Source: a virus (Duplodnaviria; Caudoviricetes). From it: a DNA stretch of 64,000 nt. Both the position numbers and the translations under genes were made by a program. The DNA lies in IMG/VR virus record IMGVR_UViG_3300012662_000008, positions 32,001 through 96,000 of that record; one strand, given 5' to 3'. Position 1 is the first letter of the stretch; each line of letters starts with the position of its first letter. A model generated the notes under the pieces. It was not told where the DNA came from, searched no databases, and saw only the letters and a list, made by a program, of their open reading frames with translations. Positions 37,975 to 51,131 of the stretch are shown piece after piece.

Positions 37975-40900
37975 TTATGCGTAACTTTGTGTATATATTG
38001 TTTTCAATGCCGTTATCACAGCAAGATCTTTTCCAGAGTATTTAACGCGTATTCTAACGTATTTATCTCGTATTCTGGTTTCTTTATTTCGGCTTCCGTC
38101 TTTGTATTTAATCGGATCTATTTGCACATTTCAAGAGTCCTCTATATATTGAGTATTTCCAAGTCTCCTACCGACTTTACGAACGTCTTTACAATCTTGC
38201 TCAACTTTGATTGCCTTCTTATTTTGGTAATCTAGACTGGCAATTATCTCTGCATTATCTAGATCTCGGTCTTTTAACGGAGTACCAACTAAGCCGTAAA
38301 CATCACCATCAATTATATATTCAATTTCCTCTGGAGCAACATTATTGGAAATAATCACGAGATTGTTAAAAATCTTATGCATTCCAACCTGATCATTACA
38401 AACATATTCAAACTCAAACGGATATTGTCTATCGTACCAATAACATGGCTTTATTTCAAGCCCCTCTACATCATCGAATATTCCGGCCTGACCATGCACG
38501 AAAAAGCCATTTGTTAAAACATTGTTAATTTGTTTCTGAAATTTATCTTTGCTATTGATAATCATCCCAACAATTGTATCGTACGGTTTTTCATTTTCGC
38601 CATATAAGCACCAATAAGTGATGTGTATATCATACTGCACTGGCATCTTTGTCTCGGAAAACGCATTTATAAACGCACTAAGCCCACTAGAAGTTATTCT
38701 TCAGTTTGTTTTCTTTCCAGAATCCGTATCCTCATCAGAACCAACTTGGAAAAGTTCAGCAATTTTTTCTTTGCCTGTTATTTCATCGTAAACAAGCTTT
38801 TCGTCATTTTCATCATATAAACAATAAACAACTTTATTTATTTTTATATCAGAAATCCCGTCAATAGCCATCCCTTCTGGAGCTACAAGTTTTGTTTCAA
38901 AATTAATAACATTTTTATTATCAAGGTCCCAAACTGCGTTTGTGCTATTAAGATCATAAGATGCGTTTTTACTGTCATATATTTGTGCTAACGAGGTGAC
39001 TCTTTCTCGATCCATTGAATAAAATATATTATCAATATTTTCAGAACACAATGGTATTCAATCATATTGTGTAATTCATTTACTTAATCTCTCATTATAA
39101 CAAACATTTCATTTTTCGTCCTCACGTTCATTATAAAAAGTAAACATAACATCTCCTTTAAAATTGTTATAATGTGTTTTAACATTTCTAAGGCCAATTT
39201 TAACAGTTTTGTCTAATTCACTAAGTTTTATATGTTCGTTCAAAAACTTCTGTATTTTCATATCAGAAATGGTCTCAAAACCATTTTGTTGTGTGATGCG
39301 CCATATCTTCTTCGCAGTAGTATCAACACCATACACACCAATTGGTGTACGAATAATCGAATCTTGTCAGATGCTTCCAAAATCAGGATTGATAACAGTG
39401 ACCTGATTTTGCAGTACACCTGCTCCGTACATATGCACAGATTGCCCAGTTTGTGTAGAAAGCAATGCCTTTTCATTTACAGGTAAAATTCCTACACCAT
39501 GCTCGAATATGCACAAAAGATTGCTATTCCATGGAAGTAATTTTACAATTGCGCCGTATTGTCTTTCAATATCCTGATAATCAAGTGATTGGAAGATTCT
39601 ATATGCATTCTGGAAATTACCGTAAGTTTGTGCATTACTAAACATCACCCTATTATCAAACATATCCTTTATATAAGGAAGGTTTGGTGCAGAGAAATTT
39701 TGTCTTTGTCCAACCGTTGCATTGTACCCCTGATTTAATAACGCAGAATCAGCAACCTTTGAAGGAGCAGACGTCGAAATATCATTAACCGGGTAAAAGT
39801 ATCTAGGATTTCCCATCAATGCATATTCGTCTGTTTGTGTTCTATCAATTGATCTAAGACCAAGATTGTAATTGGACATGCATTTAAAAGTGACCCATTG
39901 TCCAAGTGCTACTGTATTTAAGTCTGCCCTATTTATTTTACTATAATCACCCTGTCCATCCTTTAACTCTTCTGCCCCCATTTTCATATTTCCCATGCCT
40001 TTGTAGTTATCTTTTCATGTATTGCGATCAACGATGGTATTATTAATAGGAACTTCAGGGTCAATAAAATTACGATTCATTCGTATTGTTACGGTGTTTG
40101 TATAACAATCTCCTCTATATGCGTCTACTTCACTATGTGTAGTTGTATCGCCTATTTCGTAACGATCGGTAATTGCATAAAAAGGAGCTGTGTCAAGACC
40201 ACGCACAGTAAAATAATCAGCGAGGAATTGCTCATTATAATCACGCTGCATTATATTGTACATTTCTCCGTAAGGGAGTCTTGTGGTAGCACCTATAAAA
40301 GGAGCGTATAATCCACGAACTAAATTAACATTATCGGCAGAGTACTCACTTTTATTTCTAAATAATCCAAATTGGCTAACATCCTCTGCATTTCCAACCT
40401 GGGTAGCAAAAGTATATCCGTTAACAATTTTGGACGAACAATTATTATCAACATATATCATATTGACCTTACCATAGTTTGTAAGGTTTGAGGATTGCCC
40501 ATTTTGTATATAATAATGCCTACTTTTATCTAGAGATTGTGTTAGTCCCATTCCTTCAGTAGTTTTAAAAATCCCAAACTCAGAACCATCAAACATTGAT
40601 CTTAACTCAGGTATTAATGTTGCATCAAGTGCGAGTAACCCAGATCCAAAAGAAACTGTAGTTTCTCTTACGTGGTTTGCGTAATCATTAGCTAATTCCC
40701 TACTTCCGTTCAAAAAACTCTCTGCAGAAAACGTAGTAGCACCATTCTCTTTTTTAGTTGCCAACATTGGTATTGAACAACCTTCATCAATTCCAACCGA
40801 GTAACCCTGGCAGAGTGTTAACGGAATTCGTTTCTGTCTAACAAAAAAATATCCTCGAACCCCTCTTTTTTCAAGCTCTTGTTTTACTCAAGGATGTATA

Positions 40901-42234
40901 TCAAAATTGTAATATATTGGTTTGACAGAACTACTTGCGTAATCAATAACAGACAGATCTGGATTTTTAAAAACTCCGTAAGTGTTATCTAGCCAATCAG
41001 GACTGTTAAGCATAGTGTTTTTATTGAGCTTTATAAGAGAACCATCTGTTTCATCAAACATATAAGTAGTATCATAATCAATATTCGATCTTCCTCCAGC
41101 CTTTTCTTCTTTATCAGAGAAATTACAACCTCGTAAGTTAAAAACGGGGCTAAGTGACCCGTCCTGCATAATATAAACAACTCCTAGCCTATATAACTCG
41201 TTTGGCCAATATCCTAGCTTGTAATATAGGTTAAGTGGGTTGTAGTATTCACACAACGTTGGTTTGTTTGTATCACTCGCCTTGTAATTACTAGGATTTA
41301 CTCATCCAATTCCTTCCTCGTCTTGCTTTACAGAAACTCTAATATAATAAGAAATTGCTTGTAGATCGTCAATTGGTAATGTATTTTGTTCAATATTTCC
41401 AAAAAAGATCATATTCTGTATTTGGACTTCTGTTTTTGCACAAGTTATCAGGTTGTATTGTATATTAAGTTCGTCAACAGAAATGTCCAAAAGATCCTCG
41501 AAGCCATTTAATGTAAAATATTCAGTTTCAGAACCTATGCTATATGCACTTTTTACTTGGTATGCTTTTGTGGTGCGAACCCCATTCATATCACTAGTTT
41601 CCCTAGTAAAATATAAAAACAATTGTGAAAAAGAACGATCTAGATTTGTTGCCTTTAATTTAATTGTTTTATCGGTGGTTTCGTCTAACAACGTTCCTGA
41701 AATAGACGGTATATTTTCGTAACTACCTTTGTATATATAAACTTGCCCGGATTCTGCTAGAAAGTCAGTTTTATTGCCATCAGCATCGGCTAATCGTATA
41801 TAAAAGGTATATGTACCACCTTTAAGATTTCCCCCGGAAATAACGTTATTTAACGTTATAACCGGGATTTTATCTGTACTTTTTATAAGCCTAGTTTGTA
41901 GGTCTATCTTTTTTTCATCGTATAAGTTACTCTGTTGTGTTTGGTTTCTGTTAATTACTCGAAATTTGTTGTTTTCTATTTTAGAAAAACGAGAGTTGAT
42001 AATTCTAGGTGGATTTTTATCATCCGTTAAAATTAAGTTAACTGTACCATCATAAGAAGGTTGGCACTCAATTGAAACAGGATGTTCCAGATCTATTTTA
42101 AGACTAGAATTATCTATATTAAACCCAGTTATTTTACCATCAGAAACCAAATTTCGCAATGCGGAGTATGTATGTTGCAAGTCACCACTTTGGGCGAATC
42201 TTTGCAAGTGTAGTGTGTATGTTGTTGATGACAT
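37975..42234 (-). CDS. Tail stabilisation/muzzle-like protein, 1419 aa
   Basis: ORFs 41302, 40888, 40015, 39367, 39109, 38701 and 38131 in one frame. LTDDKNPPRIIN, YGAIVKL, YGVDTTAKKIW and C-terminal RIRDKYVRIRVKY resemble crAss-like P22 gp10-type tail proteins. Confidence 0.75.
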
Positions 42235-42236
42235 AA

Positions 42237-45200
42237 TTAATTCGTTAATATAAATGATGTGCTAGGAGACGCACCAAACCCAATTGAATAAGTAGCTTCG
42301 CCGTGTCCACCATTAGATCAATAACCATGAGTAAGTTTATCATTAACAAAACTATATGAATTATTATTTAGTGCATCTACAACTTTGTTGTACGTTGAAT
42401 TAATTTCATCACCTCCAACTCATACATACCAAAGATTTGTATCTGACGTTAGGTTATTAATGTACGTTAGGCAGTCATCTACTGCAGCCAAACTCTTTTG
42501 GGTGGACGATTCATTAGTATATTCATCTATCTCACTTTTTAGTTTATCTAATTCAATAGATAAGGTGTTCTGATCAAATTCTGATTCCTGTATATGTAAA
42601 ACCACGTTATCATTAACCTCTTTTATAGTTTTGTTTTTTGTTAGATTGTTAAAATTTGTGTTAGAATTAAAACTTAAACTAGAGAATTGATTAAACATTG
42701 GTTCTGGATCTATAGTGATTTTTGTATTAATCTGAACATTACTCAAACTGAAAGATCTTGAGCTATTATGTTGTGTAATTGTAACAAAGCCGCCATTTAG
42801 TGATTGCGATGTTTTTTCAAAACAATAAATATTTTTTCGTAATTTATTAACTAAGCTTGAAAAATCAGCCCAACTAGAAGAGTTGTTCCTAAAAAAATAT
42901 AAACAGTGATTTAATGTATGTCTATTTCTTATCATCAGACAATATGATCCAGCATGATATCATTCGTCGCGTTTATCTCCACCTATGCTTACAAAATCTG
43001 ATCCTGAAGGGTCAGAAAAACAATGTATTCACGTTCGATTTTGATTATCATTGTTTCATTTAATAGCTTGTATTTGTAGTTCTACCGGTCACAATACTTC
43101 GTCTTCTTGAAATCTCTTATATAAATAAACATATGGATCATAACCATACGGCCTTTCATCGTTTCCTTCACGATGTACTGTTACCGTCTCAATATATGTC
43201 CTTATATTTAGAGTGTGCAATTTAGTTGGAGATGTTTCACTCGGTGCTGTATCAAATGCAATTATAGATTTGTCATATGGATATATTCCGTCAGTTGGCT
43301 CACCAATTGGTGTGTATTTATAATCGAACATATCTTTTCCAAAACTAACTCAATTCAAACTAACAGTTTCAGACAACATCCCGCTTGTTGTTACAGATAT
43401 ATTTTTTTTAACATCTTCTAGTTTTCCTGTATATTTGTTAAATTGTTTATTATTTGGTTCTAACCCTATTTCTATATTTGCATTTACGTCTAAAAATCTT
43501 CACATTGGTCCATGCGGAATAATTATATTAGATAAAATTCCATCGGACTTTATTGTGTAATATTGTTCAGTATATATTTTTTGGTTATTATTATAATTAA
43601 TGATTTGATTAAATTGATCCTTTGTTATAAACTTGTCATATATAGCAACTTGCATATTGTGTTTAAGTTCTCTAAATCATAGAGGCGCTTGTGTATTTAT
43701 TGTTTTTTCAATAACATATGTTGGGGAATTAAGATTTTCTTCACCTATAACATATTTCTCATAATTAGCAAACCACCTATCAAAAGTAATTTCATAGTAC
43801 TTAGCATCGTTAAATCCATTCATTAATTTAGAGGCAATAACAAGCCTTTTCATATTGTCATTCTGGAAATATTTATTATCCAAAATAATCCTGAACTGCA
43901 ATAAGTATATGTCCTCTGGAACAATCTGTTTGTAATTATGTCCGCTACCGTCTATGTTTTTATTGCCAGAGTCATCAGAACCATCAAAAGATTTGTCATA
44001 TTTCACAAGATTGATCGTAAGAGATGTCGTAATATCTTCCGCGGTCTCCCATGTATCAACTTGGTGATAATCAGGAGTTGTTTGTTCAATATTGTTTCTA
44101 ATTGGAGTCCAATTTAATGTACTGTTAGTTTCTCCTGTAAGACGAGATAATCCCCATTCAAGTCTAGCACCGACCGTATTTGCCATTCCTGTTGTGTTGA
44201 ACATTACCTTAAGTTCAGATTCATCTTCACTAAGAGCGTAGGTAAAATAATTGTTTCCTATTTCAACGTTGTTTTCATCAAAAGATGTTGCATCTGCCGT
44301 GTATGTATATTCCTTTTTAAACTTGTCATATGCAACATTTCCTATATAAGGAGTTGCTGTTACTGTGATCCTGCAACCCTTCATAACAGTGAATGTATAT
44401 GATTTTCCCTCAGTGTTAAAATAATATTGACCATTTGGCATATTAACTGGAGTATTTTCAAACAAATCTTCACCAGATATTGTCCGCTCCCCTATAATAA
44501 TATTGCCATTGTTATCAGTTTCAAAGATTAAGTTTCCATTTTCGTCTTTTAATTCATTACCTTCCTTATCCTTTTTAACTACGTAAGTTTGGTCGAGCGT
44601 GACCTCATATATAACTTTTGCTTGTATATTTTTTGTTGTCTCTTTTCCCTCACTATCCACTTCTTTTATCTCAACCGGACCTTTATATAGCCCATCCGAC
44701 ATCAATGTACGAAACTTTAAGTTTATATTAAGTTCTGCTGGAATGTTATCGCCTTTAAAATTTGGAGAGTTTCCAGTAGTAAAATTAATTAAGAAATTAT
44801 CTATATCCGGAAAACATAATTTAACAGCGAGTCACCCAGGTATTTTTCAACGAACCTCGTCATTCTTACTCATAGCCGAACTTTTATATGCAAGATGTTC
44901 TTGTATATATTCGTCAATATTCGTAAGATTTCTATTTTCGTCCATAATATAAAATTCAGTCTTTTGAAAAGGTTCTTGTTTTATTCCTGTAATAACAGTT
45001 TCCTTTATTACATTGCCGTCTTCATCGAGCTGTTTTTTCCCATTTTCATCTAAGACCTCTCTCTCTTCTTTCACCTCATTTCCCTCCCACTCAATTTTAA
45101 CCTGGTCTCCTGGGTTTATTTTCCAACGTTCTGGGTCTTTATCTGTAAAAACTTGTATGTGATATTTATCTAAAAGATCTGTATATGTTTGTGTTTGTGT

Positions 45201-45545
45201 TCAATCAATATAATTAATTGTCTCACTAAGAGTAGTTCCATCATCCAATCTTGCATTGACTTTTGTAGATGGGTAAGATCCAATCTCAGTTCGATCTGTT
45301 GCTGGGTTGTAAGAAACGATGTATAATATTCCTCCATATTCCTTTAATCCAACAGGCACATAACCAGGGCTGAGTTTGCAATTTTTCAATCCAAAATTTC
45401 CCATATCATTTTGGAGGCATAACTCATTTCCGTTATATGTTAAAATTGTTCCATTTTTACAATCCGTAAGTGCTGTAGCTGGCACATTTATCGGATTGAT
45501 ATCTTTTACCATTCCATCTGAAAAACTATTTGAAGCCTGTCCCAT
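42237..45545 (-). CDS. Large tail-associated protein, 1102 aa, with muzzle-like N-terminus
   Basis: ORFs 45201, 44847, 43677, 43089 and 42420 in one frame to TAA at 42237. N-terminal NSFSDGMVKD...LQNDMGN. Confidence 0.7.
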
Positions 45546-45547
45546 AT

Positions 45548-46549
45548 TTATTCTTTAAAATGTACCTTTTTATCAGCACCACGTTCTCCGATAAGTTCAA
45601 CATTTCTTGTCTCGTAATTTTCCAATCAGATTTTTCAACCCTTCTCTTCCTGCCACGGAGTACGAAAGAAATATTTGGCTTTTCTAAACAATGCCGCTTC
45701 TTCTTTTACTTTATATAAACATATTTTTGGAAAGACAATCTTTTTCTTCAACCTACCCTTCTTATCGGCAAACAGTTCATTATATTCATCCTCAGTAAGA
45801 CCAAAATAATAATATCCTGTTCATGGTTTTGTTTTTCTTTCCAAGTTATATCGTATTCTTATTTTATCTGCCATTTTTTTATTGTGATATTCGTAAAATT
45901 TTTCATCACTAATGAAAAACCTTCCAAAATATGCAACAAACGGAAAAAGTCTTTTATTACTTAAACAAATATCGCAACCCATTCCTTGCAGTCGAAACAT
46001 AGTTCTATATGCATGCTCACAGATTTGTCTAATTGTCTTTTCCGGAAGATCCTCGAACTCCTTGTACACAAAAGGTAAGTAATCGTCTAGATTTGTTGGT
46101 TTCACTGGTTTTGGTCCTTTTATTGCTCTATCGCGCAATTTTTTTTTAAGGCCATCATTAATATGTATTGACTTCACCATTGGTGCGCTAGTATAATCGC
46201 ACATATAAACTAGCCCATATCCAATAAAATTTTGTTCCAACATATCTTGGCTTGCAAATGCTCCACATTTTCGCATTTCTTGTAATTCTTCACCAACATA
46301 TTCCTTGCAATATATCTGGGCGCGTTTCCCCCTATATAAAGGCAACGTAAAGTTAGCATTATTTTCGATAATATCCAAAAGTGTTATATAAAAACAATAT
46401 ATAAACACACTAACACACAGATATTGCAATCTATCTACTCCATATTTCTTTTTAACTATCTTTTGCTTCAAATGAACCTTTCCTTTTATATCAAAAGTTT
46501 CAAAAAGGTCTCTAGCATAAAAACTATGATCAACTACCGGATATTTCAT
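45548..46549 (-). CDS. Hypothetical basic protein, 333 aa (possibly IHF/HU-like, as found at this position in crAss-like phages)
   Basis: ATG 46549 (MKYPVVDHSF), three TGA, TAA at 45548. The IHF-like call is positional and weak. Confidence 0.6.
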
Positions 46550-47519
46550 TATACTGACTAGTTTTAATTCAACCAATAGGATGCCCATTAAATTTCCCAG
46601 CTGTTTTTCTTTTTCCAGATAACACTTCAGAAATATTATGACCGTGTGTATTAAAACGTCTCCCGGCTTCTGACAATGTGTCAAACTTCCCTAAAATTTC
46701 ATCTGTTACACTATCTACAGCAGTAACCTTTATTTTTGGATCACTTTTAATTTTGTGCGCCCGCTTCAAGTCGTTTTGCGTTATAGTATCACCTTTATAT
46801 TTAAAAATATATCTGGTATCATTTATTAAAACAAAAGATGATTGCGATCTACAATTCGCAGTTATTCTTTTAGGTGCAATTTTAAAAACACTTGAAATTT
46901 CTTTTGCAGAATTAAAAGTTCTCAATAGTACTCCAGACATATTAAACATTAAAATTTTCTTATCATAATTAATTCTTTTTAAGTTCTTAAAATCCTCCTC
47001 GGTTATTGTGTCATTTTCATATCTAAAAATCACCCTATTATCATCTATTTTTGTATAAAATTTATTTCTTGAACAACAGGACTGGATACTCCCCTTAGTT
47101 ACACCGAGTATCTCGGCAGCACTTTTTGAAGACTCAAACGTTTTTAATAGCTTCCCGGTCTCATCAAACATTAAAATTCGAAGATAGTTAACACAACATC
47201 CATCACCACCCTTTGTAAGATTGTATCCGTTTACAAAAGTGTCATATTTTTTAATATAGTATTTTTCTCATCGATTTAGTAATTTTCTTAATTCTTCATC
47301 ACTAGGAGCATTTACTATTTTTACTATTTTCCACAAAAAGTTTTCTAGCCCATATTTTCGTAATGCCCTATAAAATTTGCTGTTGTAATCACTATTGTTT
47401 TTATTTTTATATTTTCTTTTATGTTCTTTTCATCTTAAATTAACGTCACTACGCCCGGTTTGTCCTATATAGCTTTTATTATTAAAAACATTTGTAATTT
47501 TATAAATATATCCAATCAT
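46524..47519 (-). CDS. Free-standing GIY-YIG endonuclease with NUMOD1-like repeats, 331 aa
   Basis: MIGYIYKITN...KSYIGQT...R-W(TGA)-KEH...GYNLTKGG, then three F.S..(S/E)A/I repeats. Start overlaps the upstream stop (TAATG). Confidence 0.85.
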
Positions 47520-48214
47520 TATAAAACACTTTTATATGATTTGCCGTAACTCTTTCTGTCTCAACGAGTTTTAACATCTAAAATGGCATTCATATCGTTT
47601 TGATTCAAGTGGTCTTTTACTCGTGCTGCGTTACAGGCCCTGTACCACTCTGCCTCTATATATTGTGCAATTGTAAAAGCATTTCTGTCTTTTCTTCGAA
47701 TTGCATCTTTGTAAGTCTCTCTCCAAGCAACAAATGCTGCAATTGCACGTAATTCTTTCTCATTAACAAGTGGCAGACCATCATCTTCATCTGCCAAAAT
47801 TCCGTGATATAACACAGTTATATCATCATAATCTCTGGAGAAATATAACACTCCATCTCCTTCTTTATATTTAACGTAACTACCGCTAGTATAAAAAGGA
47901 TCATTATTTTGTTTGAAGGCCTCTATATAACCTTCTACGCGCACATTTTCAAGATCTATTATATCTGTTTTATTACTCGTTATTTGTGCGCTCAGAGCCG
48001 GTATTGTTACCGACTCAATTATTTCTACGTTACAAGGAAGAACTAGTTCCTTATCTTTCGTATTTGCTTTATATCTATATAATCTAGTATGTTTGTTTCC
48101 AATTTTTTCCCACCCTACCAATGCGACATCTTCAAACGTATCTGGATCTGGGTCTACCCCGAATAACGAGTTACAGAGCTGATATGCCGCTTTTATATTA
48201 ACTAATTTCCCCAT
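47519..48214 (-). CDS. Putative tail ring/tubular protein, 231 aa
   Basis: Extends through TGA 47561 to TAA 47519. Position and motifs (LPCN, DGLPLV) resemble crAss-like tail tubular proteins. Confidence 0.6.
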
Positions 48215-48217
48215 ATA

Positions 48218-48898
48218 CTAACCAACTGTTTGTGAAGCACTTGGAGAAGCACTTCTATATAATCTAATCTTCTTATTTAAAATGCGATTTTTAATTTCAC
48301 TACTAAGTACTCCCATTTCAAGGTAATCGCTCTGGCTACAACAATTGTACGCCTCTAATTGTCTAGGGTTTTGAAACACACCAATAACTGCTATATTTTC
48401 AACCATTGGCGCGTCGAAAATTCAGCCATCAAACATTCCATTTTCATTTGGTGTACGTTCTATATAAACGAACGGTTTGTTCTTTTTGCTACGAGAGTAT
48501 TTCTGAAAATATTTATAATAATCAAGAGCTTCTTTGTTATAAAAGATTTTATAAGAATTTGATCTATCGGTACTACCTACATAAACGAGAGATTCTGAAC
48601 CAAGTCCTGGCATGAGTTGCGGAATTTCAAAATGTTTTGCATTTTTTGTGATTCCAAGCCCCATACACTTGCATTTATTTTGGTCTTTGCAATCTACTGG
48701 TACACAATTAAGTGCAAACAGAACATCGTTTTTATTTAAAATACCTTTTAAAAACATTTCTTTTATAACAGCAGCTCTTTCTTCTATAACTTCATCTTCC
48801 AATTGGTCTACAGAAAGCAGACTTTGATTGTTTGGGGTAACAAAATTTCCCGAAAACAAATCATTTAAAATTGCAGAAGAAATATCATTAACTGTCAT
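48218..48898 (-). CDS. Putative tail ring protein, 226 aa
   Basis: ORFs 48422 and 48218 join via TGA. IAVIGVFQNP motif. Confidence 0.6.
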
Positions 48899-48916
48899 TT
48901 TATTTGCTTTTATACG

Positions 48917-48952
48917 AAAAAGAGCGAGCGAGAATCAGCTCTCACTCGCTCT
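48917..48952 (-). terminator. Intrinsic terminator closing the capsid block
   Basis: agagcgagtgaga-gctgat-tctcgctcgctct followed by tttt on the minus strand. Confidence 0.7.
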
Positions 48953-48978
48953 ATATTTTGTTTTATTTTGTTTTAAAA

Positions 48979-50010
48979 TTAAGCCTTTGCTTTTGCAATA
49001 ATGTTTGCTACTGTTGCGGCATCACCAGTTAATGCACCGATTGCAGCAAGTTTATCATTTGCTTTCTTTGCAGCGGCCGTTGCAGCATCAGCAGCGCTCT
49101 TAGCAGCAGTAACTGCAGCCTTGTTAGCATCGGCCTGACCAGCTACATCAGCAACCTCGTTAGCATAAGGGTTCATAGAAAGCTCCTCAAGATTTGCCTT
49201 ATAATCAGCAATCAGGGTTGGAGTGATACCAGCCTGCGTAAGAACCTTATCAAAAGCAGTAACCTGATCATCCTTAACGAAGAAGATGTGTGCAGTAATA
49301 GAGTCTACGCACTGATCAACGCCAGAAAGACCACCTGGAACGTTATGACGAGCAATGTACTTGAATACATACTGGTAGTACTTTCCACCACGTACCGGAA
49401 GCTCATCAGCGAAGAGCGGAGAGTAGCGACGGTTTGGTGCAGTAGGGAAACGAAGCGTGTGATCAATCCACTCAGCGGTACCAAACTCAGCAACAGCAGC
49501 AGTAGGATCAACCTTTGCGTCAGTGGTAGCAACACCAACAGCCTCATCGTTCTCCAGGAGTTCAATAACCTTTACGTCAACATCCTGAAAGTCCATCCAC
49601 TTTTCCTTACCCTCAACTACAACGGCACCTGAATCGACCGTAGCCGTAACATACTCACCAGCAGCGAGCTTAATAGCAGCAGCAACACGAGCGGCATCTG
49701 CCTTTGCAGAAACCTCAATAACGAGCGGCTTTCCGAAGTCCTGCCAGCACGGAGTACCAAACTCTGCGAGTTCTACACCTGGCGTAGAGAGGAACATCGT
49801 AATACGAATAATATCGCCCTTGGTAATACCAGTAGGGAGAGTAATCTTAACCTTACCTGCTGACCCAACAACTGGAGCAGTCTTATATATCTTCTTATCA
49901 AGAATCTTAACAGCCTTATAATTTGCTGCGCGTGGAATTCTAATTTCACCATTGGCGAACGTAACGCCAGATGCGTCGTTAATAATAACTTCTTTTGTAT
50001 AATTAAACAT
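48979..50010 (-). CDS. Abundant structural protein (auxiliary capsid-like), 343 aa
   Basis: Intact ORF with high-expression-type codon usage, in the capsid operon. No TGA. Confidence 0.65.
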   Translation of the reverse strand: MFNYTKEVIINDASGVTFANGEIRIPRAANYKAVKILDKKIYKTAPVVGSAGKVKITLPTGITKGDIIRITMFLSTPGVELAEFGTPCWQDFGKPLVIEVSAKADAARVAAAIKLAAGEYVTATVDSGAVVVEGKEKWMDFQDVDVKVIELLENDEAVGVATTDAKVDPTAAVAEFGTAEWIDHTLRFPTAPNRRYSPLFADELPVRGGKYYQYVFKYIARHNVPGGLSGVDQCVDSITAHIFFVKDDQVTAFDKVLTQAGITPTLIADYKANLEELSMNPYANEVADVAGQADANKAAVTAAKSAADAATAAAKKANDKLAAIGALTGDAATVANIIAKAKA

Positions 50011-50039
50011 AATTTATTTTCAATTTAAAAATTTATTGT

Positions 50040-51119
50040 CTATTTGCTTGCTGCCTGCGCTTGTTGCATAGGCGAAACAATTGTGTTATTTATTGGCATA
50101 TTCGTTTGTAGTCTAGGATCACTTGCGTTCTCCATAATCAAACGAGTAAAAATATTCACAATTTCGAAGCAAACATAATCTGGAAATTCAAGAACTTGAG
50201 ATGTGTCAATAGTTTGATCAATTTGCTCTTGTGTAAGCCGAATATACATCGGTGCTTTAAGGTAGTCTATATAGATATTTTTTGGAACAAAAACATCATC
50301 GTTTCCAAAACGGAGTTCCAGTCTAACGCGAGATGGGTTGGCAAGTCTATTGCCAGCGCTTGCCACTGAGTTAACTTGTGTTGATTTAGTAATTACTTTT
50401 TTTGTTACGTTAACAATCCCAAATTTATTTTTTAGATCCTTCTCTAATTTTGCTATTTCATCCTGGGTTGTGTCAGGATTGTTTAGGGCGGATTCATACT
50501 TATTCTTTGCACTTAGATAAGCGCCCATCGCATTATAATACCCGGCTTTTTGGGCATCTGTAATACCAGCACTTATTTCGCCAACATCTTCTAGCACTTC
50601 ATCATCCTGTAGAGAATTAGTTGGAAGATTCTTTGACCCATTAATGTTTGTCAGATAATAATAAGGCCTTTTATACATAGGCCGCATATAAGCATTATTT
50701 AGAATCTGAGTAAACATATTTGGAGTTAGCCGGCGCGCCGCAAAATAAACATGATCGTTTTCTTGATAGCATTTAAAATTAGATTTTGTAACTTCGTAAT
50801 CTATGACGCAATTAAGAAGATGCATATAATCTCCTGGAAGATCTACGTAATAACTAGATTTGAATATCCCGTTTTTCATTCCTTCAATTATTGACTCTTC
50901 TTCCACGCCAATTTTCTTTGGTGTCAGAACCGTAGACGCCTTTAATACACGAATATCATCGGTACTTTGTTGATCGACCTCAAGTTTTGCATATACTAAG
51001 TTAATATATTGCTGAACGGCCTTGTTAATAAAATAATTGTAATCCTCAAGCAATAAACTAGGGGCCTCAATTTTATTTAATTCAACAAGGGCGCTTTCAT
51101 ATAGGTCCCTCGCGGTCAT
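50040..51119 (-). CDS. Conserved crAss-like structural (ring/head-tail) protein, 359 aa
   Basis: EDYNYFINKAV N-terminal motif, LPGDYMHLL and IDYLKAP; second gene after MCP. Confidence 0.65.
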   Translation of the reverse strand: MTARDLYESALVELNKIEAPSLLLEDYNYFINKAVQQYINLVYAKLEVDQQSTDDIRVLKASTVLTPKKIGVEEESIIEGMKNGIFKSSYYVDLPGDYMHLLNCVIDYEVTKSNFKCYQENDHVYFAARRLTPNMFTQILNNAYMRPMYKRPYYYLTNINGSKNLPTNSLQDDEVLEDVGEISAGITDAQKAGYYNAMGAYLSAKNKYESALNNPDTTQDEIAKLEKDLKNKFGIVNVTKKVITKSTQVNSVASAGNRLANPSRVRLELRFGNDDVFVPKNIYIDYLKAPMYIRLTQEQIDQTIDTSQVLEFPDYVCFEIVNIFTRLIMENASDPRLQTNMPINNTIVSPMQQAQAASK

Positions 51120-51131
51120 TATTTTCTATTT

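Noticed and set aside
1410-45545. Fragmented ORFs as pseudogenes or sequencing errors
   Set aside because: Fragments stay in one frame, breaks examined are TGA, and TGA falls at conserved Trp positions
46550-46684. N-terminal extension of ORF 45821..46684
   Set aside because: Lies inside the GIY-YIG gene in another frame; ATG 46549 is the more plausible start
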